Source of the DNA: Yuukianura sp. NJ FZ-2021 | Lineage: Eukaryota | Assembly (NCBI GenBank): GCA_046563655.1 | Contig: CM102287.1 | Span: forward strand, 5,022,001 to 5,086,000 | DNA length: 64,000 nt | Reading direction: 5' to 3' | Shown: positions 26,691 to 38,388 of the stretch, piece after piece | How positions within the stretch are numbered: position 1 is the stretch's first letter | How the letters are laid out: each line of letters opens with the position of its first letter | Made by a program: the position numbers and the translations under genes | Notes under the pieces: generated by a model | Seen by the model: only the letters and a program-made list of their open reading frames with translations | Told to the model about the DNA's origin: nothing | Database searches by the model: none

Positions 26691-27692
26691 TCGAATACTT
26701 TGAAAACCGAAATTTCAAAATACCGGGCATGGGGAATTCCGTTTCTGCAACCACGGCCAGGTAAAACGAAAATTTTGAAAACTTTGTGAATTTCCTTCGT
26801 ATTTAAGTTTAACACAGATAAAAGCCGAATGAAAATAAACCTAAATTTTGTCTGATTTTTCAAAAAGTGAATATCTAAGATATATTTTTATTTATTACGT
26901 CCAGCGTTTATTCATAACAGCAAAATGATCCAGTTTTCAAAAAAACTGTTTTTGAATTTCAGAACTGAAAAATCAGAATCGCCATCTAAAACAACAATTG
27001 ATAATTCAAATTCAAACGCTGCAGTAGAAGCCAAGAGTGACACTAAATCAAAAATCCTGGATTATCCGGAAGTACTCGGACACCCGAACAGTCACAACGC
27101 TTTTCGTCACGTCCATGGTTACTGGATGGGAGAAGACATTGGAAAACTGCATAGGAATTTCATCGACACTTCGTTTGCTCAACAATTGTCACTTTTTCTG
27201 AGAAACGAAAAGTGTTCTTCTGTAATTGACATTGGAGCTGGAGATGGAAGTTACAGTCAAGCAATTGCCGACGGTAGTGAAATTTTTGTAAGTTGTTACG
27301 ACGGAAATCCTGATACTCAAACAATTTCCGGAGGACGTTGTGCAGTTCTCGATTTTAGCCGAATGCTTCAACTACCAAGTCGATATGACTGGGTGCTTTC
27401 ACTTAAAGTTGGAAAGCACATTCCAGAAGAATTTGAAGACACTTTTTTCAAGAATATGGATACACTAAATACGAAAGGTGTGATTATCAATTGGGGTGGG
27501 TCACCTGAAATGACTCCGCATACACCCCATGGGGCGAAATATTTCAACCAGAGATCGGATTCGTACATTATTAAAAAGTTTACAAGTTTAGGTTATGTTC
27601 AAGACGTACCGGCTCAAATGTTCTTGACAAATTCTGCTTCAAATAAAACTTTACGTGATAGACTGCTTGTGTTTCGAAAGCAAACACGGTAA
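26691..27692 (+). CDS. Class I SAM-dependent methyltransferase-like protein (divergent); N-terminus uncertain
   Basis: Main exon 26963-27692 with SAM-binding motif VIDIGAGDGSY, followed by YDGNP and YDWVLSLKVGKHIPEEFEDTF. A frame-compatible upstream exon lies at 26691-26760 (ttgcag|...GCC AG|gtaaaa joining ttcag|A ACT GAA). A hydrophobic first exon at ~26442-26562 is possible but unproven. Confidence 0.7.
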
Positions 27693-28677
27693 TCCCATAA
27701 TTCATAAATTATAAACTATAAATAAATATTAATGCAAATTAGTAGTTTCTACATAAAACTGTTCAAGCACTGCTATGCTTTGCAAACATTACCTAAATGT
27801 AGGTGAGGCTAATACACAAATCCTAGAAGTCAATTTTATTTTGATTAGTGTTAAGGCAAATCCATTTTTCATAATTTAATTCAATTTTCTATACAATAAA
27901 TAATGATCTAATTAAACCTAACATAGCTCACTCGAAACTTTGACTTTGAACATTATCTTTCTTTTTGAAGAGGCAAGTTATGAAGGTTAATGGAAACAAA
28001 AAGTTATAAAAACAAAATACAAAAAAAAAATCGTTATAGTATTAGATTAGCTGAGGTTTAGAAAACACTACGAAATGCAAAAATGGAAGCACATCAACAC
28101 TATGGACACGTTTTATCTAATATAACGTTTCTGACTCGACCTATCATAATGTATCATTATCAAATTTGTACATACAAACTTAACTTAACTTACAAATAAA
28201 ATGTTATAGTATAAATATTCCCTTAGCATTGTATTAATCTTGACAAAAAAATGAGTTTCCGGGTCTCCAGAATTCGCCACGAAGTAGTTAGGTTTCAGAT
28301 TCCAATTACATTCTTGTGTTAAAGTTAACCCACGATACTGGAACTACAAAAGATTTTGGTAAAAATTTCGATTTTGGCTGAAATTTTAATGGAGTTGTTC
28401 GCATCACTTACCTTGGAGCTAAATTTTGTGCTGAGCAAATCTCGAATTCCGAAAACAAACTTCAACGTCGTGTAGTATTTCCAATGTATAAATTGGGTGA
28501 AAGCGTATTTGGGAAAGTTATCTCGAATTCATGTGTGAGGTTGGGCCTTGGGCTGTAGTCTATGAAATTTTTTGAAAAACATCACAAGATTTTGAAATAA
28601 TTTGAAAGCGTTGTGGTTTCTGATCAAAACTTACTCAAACAGTAAAACTGGATAAGTAATTATTTACCATGGAATTG

Positions 28678-31600
28678 TCATACGGATGCTTCTGCCTCCT
28701 CAATCACTGTTATGGACCTTCCTGGAAGAATTCGACTAGACCTGGCATAACTTTTGAAGCTTGGAATTTCTCTTGGCATTGTCATTTGCACTCTTTGGCC
28801 AGAGGGATTTGGGCTGGAAATGCCATGAGACGGACTTGCGCCTGCGCTGGAACCTGCTACTGCCGCCGAACTTGTCGCTGCAGGGTTTTGGCCACTCGGA
28901 CCCAACCCTGCAATACATCCAGCTACTGCTGACGTTGCATGGGCTAAATTTGGTCTCGCAGCAGACCATCTTCTGGATTTTCGATCCAAAAGTACAGCAA
29001 AATCTGGATCGTACTCTGAGACTAGACAATTTTCTACTTTGTTACAGGAAGTGATGCAGTCGGCTCCAAAATATTCTGCCCAGTCTTCAAAGTAAATATC
29101 CTAGGCAAAGAACAAAATTAATCCACAATTAAAACCTTCAAAAAATTTTATTTTTGTTTTAAATTTTACTTGAAAGTCCATGTCAGCAATTCCTTCTTCT
29201 GAGATGCAAGTGAGCTCCTTGGCGAGGAGCGCTGGGTCAAGCGCTGCTTGACCTTCTCCATTCGAATCATGTTTGGACTGAGGTGATACTTGTTCCACTG
29301 GAAATGCAAATAACAGGCGTCGTATTTTCGGAGACTGTGCACTCTCCAGTGTTTCACACCTAAAATAACATTGTGATTTTTTTTTAAGTTTTAATACTAC
29401 GAATTACTTATTGAGAAATTAACCCGTTTTGATGGTTTAATTTGATAAGTATTGGTTGTTGCGTTCAGCACATCGCTTATAGCTTACGTTTTCATTGAAC
29501 TATTTTGTGCCTTGCGACGGGACAAGCGTCGTCGCCTGACGTCCGTTAGGAACAAGCATGCAGCTCCAATAATCACGGATACTGCTGAGAGGTAGTAACC
29601 AGTCTTAGATCCCAAGGAACCATTGACATACCCTAGGAAACAGATTTTGAGCAAAAATTTCAAATTTCGTTTGAAATCAGTTTAAAATCAGTTTGTAAAA
29701 AACCAAAACAAAACGCCGGTAAAGTTTTATTAAAGAAGCCTCTCCGTGTTGTTCAGAATAAAAATGAAAGTTTGTAGATAGCTCCGTTTTTTATTGTTTT
29801 ACGCTTTTTGCTTCTTAGTTTGTGCTTTTTTCTTTTCCTTTTCCTTTCACCAACACCAGCTTTTAAAAAGGCTGGTGAAAGTGAAACAAATGGAGGGTGG
29901 TGAAAGTCATCAATTCTTGCACCACATTCCCGCGCTTTCTCCTTACCGGTAAATGGAACTCCGAGGAAGAGCGGAATCGCTTGGGCGGACTGGATGAAAG
30001 ACCAGGCTCTCGGGAAGTGCCTGCGGAACACACAAAGAGAGGATTTGTCATTTTAAAACGCTTTTCTACACAAAAGTTCTATTTCATTTTCATTCCTTGC
30101 CAAATTCCGCTCATTTCGAGCTACAAAAATCCCAAGGACGCTTAAACTTTCTCCACCGGTTACAATCCTTGCCTCGTTATGTTAAAACCTATTAGGTCTG
30201 GATCCATAACCTAACTGCCGTTAGCCTTACCTCGCACGGACTCTCTCGTAGGTGTAGACCTTCAAAGCGTAGTTGTATCCACCGAGAGAGAAGCCGTAGA
30301 TGCAGCAGAAAATAATGAGGCCATTGAAACCCTCTACGGTGGTTAGGCCTAAAATTGAGATCCCGCAAATGACTCCAGCCATCTGAAAAGACACGGTCCA
30401 CTTAACACGAGTTACGTAAATCAACAATGTTTCTACTGAGCAAAACTCAATACGAATCCAAAAGAAATTTCACAATTTCCAAAGTTATCATCTAATATAA
30501 GTGTCTTCAGATTTTCGAAAAAACTGTTAGTGAATCGATACTGTGGATCATTGCATTGCCTGGTTCTTGTCTGGTTTCCCTTGTTTAACCTGGTTTTTGT
30601 TCCTTTCGAAAAGCGTTACCCTAGATTACTGGAATTAGTGGGAGGAATAAACTCGAGTCAGAAAATTTAGGTTACATTTAAGAGTGGATGTATCGGTTGG
30701 ATTTAGAATTATCTAGATTTAGAATTAGAATTGGATATTGATTTGACCTCACCTGACATAAATACTGTTTGGACACGCGACAATCCTGATTCTTCTGAAG
30801 AACAATGAGACCAAATAGGATACAACCCAGAATCCAGAAAGTTCCAACACCAATATGCAGAAACACTACGGAAATATCTTCTCCTCGGGAGAATTCCAGC
30901 TCATCTGCTTTCACCATTTCATTCTGGTACTCCACAGCCTAAACGCCACAGAGAGAAAATACAAAATTTTGAAACAGGCACACTAAAATAGCCGAAGATT
31001 TTGAATACGTTGGGCGACGTTACTTTTTTTATTGTGAAAAACTTTGGAAAAAGTTGTTTTTTTGTTTTACAGTTTTTGGGAAAATAAATGTGACCTTACC
31101 AGGTAGAACAACGGTGTATTAATTCCGAATGCTGTGAATCCACATGAGAGTAGAAGAATTTGTAAAGTTTTGCTTCGAAGGCAAGTGAAATCCAGAAATG
31201 GCGGCTTTTCCTCACGTTTCTCTTTTTCTTTCACCTATTTTAATTAAAAATTGGTTTTATATAAATTAAAACAAACAAATTTTAATTAATTACATCAAAT
31301 AAGGCTCAAGTTTTGTATCAAGTTTGTATTTTGTTTGGTCTAGGTTAAGGTTAGCAACGCCTCTCTTGAGCACGAATTCTATTAAACCATTTGCGTTTGG
31401 GAAACAATTGTGTGGAACCTTTTAGAAGATTCGTTTTGCCAAAATAATGACTTAGGTACTTGACAGGGAAAATGAAGCAATTCGTTACGAATGATCTATG
31501 AACCGTGGGGTCGTAATACATAATGTTTTAAAATAACGCCAAAAGCCCCATGGATTGCGTTTTATGCAGAACATAACTCTTGTCGGTTCGGTATTTTATA

Positions 31601-32835
31601 AACTTTTTGAATGCCAAAATTTTTAATTTATGGACGAGTTAAATAACCAAGTTGTTTTAGAAAACAAAGAAGATGGAGGCAAGGGAGGCTTGTTTTCCGA
31701 ACTTTGACCTCTTGGTCTTACCCATTATCCTTAACATAAAGCATTTGGACGAAAAAAAAAAGTTTTTCTAAAAGTGCTTCTTAAATTTCTAACTTTGAAA
31801 AAACTTTTGTTTTCTGAATGATTTAGGCGGCAATAACTCAGGAACAAGAAAAGTGCTTCTGTTATTGTTTTTCTTCTTAAGTGTTTTTCATTAAATCGCA
31901 AACTATTCCAAACAATTCCCATTTGTAAATTTGCCAAATTTTTGAAATTTTTCCGAATTCCAATACTTTTAAAATTCTTTTTTGAAAGTTAGCTTCAAAA
32001 AACGTGTACTCACCTTTCGTTTTTGATTCTTCAGGTGCAGAATTGCTCTTCTTTGTGGATGATAGAGAGATGCAGATCGGTAGCAAGTGCCAAGGAAGAA
32101 AGTGAGGAAAACGGAACCCGTAATTGCCTGCAGACCAATTCGCCATCCAAGCCAACTGAAACAGATTCGTACAAGAAAAGTTTTTGCAAAAAATTTGCAA
32201 CCGAATGAAGGAAGAAAAAGGAGCTAAGGAAGAATTGAAATCTCAGCGTGGGATTCAAGAATTCTTTGAATGGCGTCTTTTGGTAACATTTAAGATTTCA
32301 TCGGATCTAAAAAGCTTTAGTCGTTTCAAACCGGAATAACAGTAGCAATAAAATTAGATTTGATGGAAACAGTAATGTTAGGTTAGATTAAAGTCCGAGA
32401 ATGCTAACTCATGCTGTTAGGAAAAAAATGACCTCTGACCTCACAGATGTCTGAACTGCAACGGACATGACCAGAATTCCGAGTCCAGATCCCGACACGA
32501 CAACGATTTCGACCAAATCTCTTTTGCGTTTAAAGTACTGCCCAACCATGAGAGAAGAAGCGTCTCTCGTAAGTCCAACTCCAACGCCTAGGTAAGAATT
32601 TTTGAAACTTGAAAAGTTGAAATTATTTTTTCAAAATTTTGAAAATTACCAATGAACGCTCCATAACTAATGAAAAGTTGGTGGAATTGAGAAGCGAAGG
32701 ACGTGAAGAGGCAACCCAGGGATGCGACGAGTCCTCCGAAAACGGCTGCCAGCCGAGTACTCTTCCGCTTACAAATTGAGACCCAAATTGGTGAAAGCAA
32801 AAGTGAAAGTGCCACGGAAGAAGCTCCAAGCCATC
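28678..32835 (-). CDS. SLC16/monocarboxylate transporter (MFS) family protein, shared constant region (TM2-TM12 plus C-tail, ~593 aa, 10 exons)
   Basis: Exons 32835-32650, 32587-32440, 32155-32014, 31234-31100, 30938-30753, 30382-30231, 30020-29947, 29632-29488, 29359-29170, 29100-28678 (1781 nt, entered in phase 1). SLC16 signature VGQYFKRKR, plus GWRIGLQ and twelve-TM hydrophobic pattern minus TM1. Ends ITVIEEAEASV*. Confidence 0.9.
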
Positions 32836-35819
32836 CTGTAACGATTTTAAAACATGGATCTTTAGACAATTTCTTTACAACTTTTTTTGTGCATTTGCCA
32901 ACTTTTTCTAGGCTTTTGATTTTTTTAAGCTCTTTGATTGGTGCTTAATCACCTTCTTTTTTTCAGAATATTTGCAGTTGTGTTTTTATTTCAACTTGTT
33001 CGGCTTAAAACCAAGGAAAAATTTGTCCCAGTGGAACAATCTTTTAGGAGAATTTGTAAACAAAATGTCAAATGAACATGAAAATTTTGAAGCAATACAT
33101 TCGTATTCAGAATCGTTTTCAAAAAATGTATTCTGAAAGTGTGTACTAGTATTTCTAAAAATTTTCTCGAAAAATTACGTTGTAAAGCGTAATGTTTGGT
33201 ATTTTACATTTTTTTTTACACAAAAACATGAGATTTGACAACAAAAAATATTTTCAGTTCCTCAACCCATAAACATTCAGTAATCAAAGAACAAATTTCG
33301 ACAAATTTTTTCATGTTCCGAGTTTACAACTGGGAATTACAACTGTTAAACCAAATCCATTCATGGTTGAGTACAAAATTGTTCAACTGTTGTTCAATTC
33401 CTGTTTAGAACAAGTGTGTTCAGAACAGAGTTTTTGAAAAGTGTTTTTCTAGGAACCATCCCATTCATTTTCCTTCCATAAACAACTTCTTCTCCTTCCG
33501 CTTCCCTCTTCTTCTCTTTCAGAGATCAGAGATCATAAACGATGAGCGTAAATAAGCCTCAAGAAAAACAACCTTCCTTAAAAATCTCGCTTTTCAGTCC
33601 AAATTTGAAATTCGAATCAGTCCATTTTTTTTTCTGTAAGGATTTCAAAATTTTGGAGTTTGCTTATATAAAAAGAAACTACTGGGAGGCAGAATACCCT
33701 GCTTCTAAAACATTCGTTTTTATGACTTTGCTTTCTCAAAATTTATTGAATTAGAAAATGGTGTCGGAAATGACAGCACAAAACTTCATTCAAACAACAC
33801 TCAAAATTTTGAGAAAACTAAATAACTTGAAATAGTTGTTGTTAGCGAACAACTTCGTCGACAAAATTTGGTGTGCATAACTGTTTATCCAAACTTTTTA
33901 AAATTCTTTAGGAAATGCGTTTATGATGCTTCCAGTTTGGTATTTTCCTTTAATGGGTTTGTTGAATGGTAATTATTGGAAATTTTCGAGAAAAAAAACT
34001 TAGAATTCGAAAACTTTCTTTGGAACATTCTTTTTATGAAAGTGTGGTTTCATGTATGATTCTGGCCTCCTTCTTTTAAAATAAATTTTGAATTACAGTA
34101 GCTTTTGAATTTGCGAAATGTCTGGCGCTTGGAAAAAGTTAGCATAATTGTAGGAATTTACAATGTCCAATGTGAAACCAAAATCAACCTTGTGAAAAGT
34201 GAAGAATTTCCAATTGTAGAATTTGAGTCTGTAAATCAAACTTATGATGCTTAATAAGCGACTAACTTTTTTCTGGTAATATGTTTTCCATCTTCTAGTT
34301 CCAATTGCTCATTGTTTAATTTTTTCTGATGAGAAACAATGAAAAAAATGAGTGAAGGATTTAGTATGTAGAGTTGCCGTGTAATTTGAGGATCCTAAAT
34401 CATTGGTTAGTATTTTTTCACAAGTAGAAATAATTACATGTTTCACACCCATAATCAGTCTGGTGGTAACTACACTCTTTCTGGCAAATGGGCACTTTAA
34501 ATTGGACAGCACCCCAGGCACCATTTTTCGGCCAATTCTCACTTTTAGTCATGCGCAAACAATCCAAACATGAACATTTTGTAACAGAAAAACTTGACCT
34601 TTGACCTGATCCACTTCCTAAAAATTAACGTCTGAAAGAAAATTCCCGAATGACAAAAAATTCATGTTCACAATCACAAGTTATCATTTTCGTTTCAAAT
34701 TTTCAGGTTCGCGTATCACGCTTGTTAGACTCCTCCTTTTTTGTGCAGAAAAAACTTGTTCTAAAAATTCATGATTTTCTGGATCACTTTTTGCTCTGTC
34801 TATTTCAAACGCGAAAGTATTTAAGCTCACACCCGCAGCAGCTTCCCGGAGTGAAAATTTTGAAACAATTTTGTAATTAACTAAATTAAACCGGTTGTAA
34901 ACTGTTTTAATTTTTGAGAAAGGAAACTTTTTGAATTCGGAATGAAAAGAATCCAATTTATTTTTGCCTGGCAGCTTTCCTCCTGCTGTTGTCCATTTCC
35001 CGTTAATTGCTCAAGTTCTTTGCTCTGCCTTGTTTGTTCTAAAGCCCTAAAAGGCTTTTCTCCTTGTCTCTAGATTGCTCTTAAGAACTTAATTAATTTG
35101 TTTTAGTTTACTCACGCAGCACTTAATTTTTGACGTGTCTGAAGCAGGATTTCACCACTTCAAAAGAAATCAACAATAGAAAAGGATGGAAAATACTTGA
35201 ATACACAAGAAAAGTATGAGGGGCGTGATGGGCCAAAAGTCATTTTAGCTTCAACATTGTACAGTAATCCTAACTACCGCCAATTAGAACACGTTAACTG
35301 ACCAAACCTAGCCGTCTACCCACTTCAAGAAACTTTATCTGTCGACAACGACACAACATCTCAATCATTTTAGAAGAAAAAAAAATTAAGAAAAAAATTA
35401 ACATAACAAAAAAGAAGGTTGATGTCATTGTCTACAATGTGTACTAACAAGTTTGAGAGCTTAAAAAAGAAAACAATTTGAATATTCAAAAAAAAAACTA
35501 CTAAAACACTCATAGAAATCCAAACTGAAAATTTTCGCTTTTCTTTTTCGTGGATTCGGGATTTTTTCAGCACTGTTTTTTTAATTGTTAACATAATTAT
35601 TTTTTTGCGTAATAGTTTCACTATTTCGTGTTCTACTATGCAGGGAGGTGTTATGGAAGCTTTAACTAACCAAATAGTAGGTCGAAAATATTTCCAGACA
35701 AAATAATTTTTACAGCAGTGTTTTGCTAGAACAACACTTCTATACTTCGTTAAATCTTAGGTTTTTTTTTCATGAACTGAATAATTTTTGTGAAAAGTTA
35801 AAAAAATGACCAAGATTAC

Positions 35820-36660
35820 CTGCTTGGATGTGAGTAACCTTTTCACTAAATTTACGCGTTAGAAAAGCAATGAAGATGCCCGTCGAGAGCTGGAAGCCTA
35901 CAGTAAGGAAATGACATAGCACAGCCACTAGGAGAATGACATAACCCCATCCACCTTCTGGATAATAATGTTGAGTAATTGTACTTGCACTGCCACTTTC
36001 ACTTTCACTTTTCTTCCTCTCAACCCCTCCGTGACCTCTGTGACCTCCTGTTCCTATAAAGTGATGTGGATTTCTAAAGTTTGGTTTGACATTTGTTCCA
36101 GCCAGTTCCATGTCCAATCTGGACTTGGAGTCAGAAGATGATCCAGGGCTCTTGGGTGTTTGATTTCTCTTTAATCTGAGTCTGTGTCGTTGTTTTGACT
36201 TGAGCTCCCCATGGATCTGATTGTCATCAGGCAGAGATGAGACTTCATCATCTTCTGAATTGGCTTCATCCGCATCCACTGACGTCTCTTGCCCAAACTG
36301 AAGCCCAGTTTGAATCAGATCACCCTCAATGTCCATCAAACCTGATGGAACATCGCTTGGCAAGCCACCACAACTCATGTCATCAGCAAATTGACCTCCA
36401 TCCAAGTCATCTTCTGGGTCAAGGCCAGAGTCTTTTAAGTGACGATTTGTATTGGACGTGGTGCTGCTGGGGTCATCGAACAACGCGATCTCTTGAGCTT
36501 CTTTGAGGTCAGAACTGGCAGAAGTGTCAGCAAAATAAGGAAGGACGCCGTCGGAAGAAGAGGCGGAGAAAGTCCGGTCAAATGAAAATGGGAACTTTCC
36601 CCTTCCTCGGACAGTGCTATTGGCATGGCCAAACGTTCCTTTTAATGGCCTGGAAGCCAT
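35820..36660 (-). CDS. MCT transporter variable N-terminal module 1 (proximal; 280 aa cytosolic tail + TM1)
   Basis: ATG 36660, open to ...ITQHYYPEGGWGYVILLVAVLCHFLTVGFQLSTGIF..HIQA G|gtaatc. 841 nt = phase 1, fits the shared acceptor at 32835 (G+GA TGG = GW). Confidence 0.85.
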
Positions 36661-38019
36661 TTCTGAAGCTTAAGCTCTCAGGTTACCCCAATGTTGATTT
36701 GTATTAGATGTCGCAAGGTCACCGGGGTCAGTTACATGACACAAGGTCAAGTGTTTGGTTTGCTTGTACTAACGTTGAGGTTGGAGCAAGTTACTCTTCT
36801 TGTTAGGCTACGGAATGACTTAAGACTAGCGTGGGGTAGGTCGGATTTCGGGAAATTCTCATGTCAGCGTTCGACATTTTGGAAATTTTTGACAGTTTGA
36901 AAAAAAATTTGGACAAAACTACTGTTCAGATGCTGTGCTGACAGGAGAAATTTTTAGCTTTCCAAAAAAAATTTGCCAAAGTTCCTCATCCTAATCTTAT
37001 CACAACTTTGGAAAAATTGGAGCTTTCCAGAACACTAACCACGGACAACTTTAGTTTCTTTTTCACTGTCCTATTTTCGTCCAAGAACTTTCACTTGTGT
37101 CACTCCGTCCAACTTTTGTTTTCGGAGTGACTGACCGAGAAAGGAAGCTACGAAGAAAAGTGACTATTTCAGATGGAGAGCACAATACAAACTGAGTTGT
37201 CTAGTCCCACGTCTCCCTTGCCCTTTTGCTTCTTCTCGCTTTTCAACTTAAAGGAAACTCAACGAAGCGAAAAAGAAAGACGCTTCAGTCTCAGATCCTC
37301 CAACGACTTCCACTTTTGTTTCCTTGTTTTGGCACTTGACTTCTTCCTTAACGCTACACTGCCCACTTTCCGAATTCGGAGCCACTCAAATCACCGAATC
37401 CAAATAGCTTAACCAAATCCAAGGAGATTTGGAACTTAATGTGCTGTACGTTTAAAACCTTGTGGTACCATTCCAATTCCAACGAACTGCTCCGGATTTT
37501 CAAAATTTAGAACAAACAGGCTGTTGAGCTGCTGCTGTTCAAACAGCAACTGAACTTGACTTGAGTTACATCCCATTTTGCAGTAGAAAACTTTTCAAAC
37601 TTTATGTTCATCTGGAGAGAGCATTTTCTGGACGCAGTAAAAAGTTAGGTCCAACTTTCTCCAGATTCTGTTCCTCATTTGGTCACAATTGGACCATTTG
37701 AAACCAAAACGACGCTCTGAGAAAACTTAACATTATCCAGACAGCTCTATTGCTGCAAAGCTGGATAGAAAAGATTACACAATTGATATGACCAGGGCAC
37801 TGTCACTCTCACATTTCAAAAAAGTTTTCAAATTTTAAAAAAATTTCTAAGTTTTAGATCCGGTTTTGGAATTTCAGGCAACTGTCATGTGCTCTTGAAA
37901 TGTGAACTGACTCTTCTCATTTCACACAACGTTTGAAGGTTTGACACGTTCACAACGGAACACTCTTGATGCTTGATCTTTTTAATTAACAAACTCTGGA
38001 GACGTAAAGCAGTTGACGC

Positions 38020-38388
38020 TGTTCGGACTTTGACCTCGTGTCAAAGCCGAGCTGAGAGTCTCCTTATGAGACGTACGACTCAAAACACGGCAAAATAACG
38101 GAAGCAAAAATAGGCAAGACAAGAAGTCCAATTGTTTCAGATTTATTTAGGACTTGACTTGTCAACGGACAAAATGCAACTTACTTACTAAAGGGTCATG
38201 GTGGGTTTCTTCGTTGACGTTGGGTTGGTTTGGGCGGGAAAAATGTTTGTTTCTTAAAACTAAAAATACACACAAGTTACAAACTAAAAGACACAAAAGG
38301 CATGAAGGAAAGAAAATGTAAAATGGTAAAATTGGTAAAAATGCATAAATTAACCTAATCCTAAAATCAGCTCTGTTCCTTCGGAACA
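38020..38388 (-). repeat. 3' LTR of BEL/Pao element
   Basis: 369 bp, no differences from 43955-44323 found by eye. Preceded on the - strand by ...GGCCCCGGAAGA at the PPT position. Confidence 0.95.
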
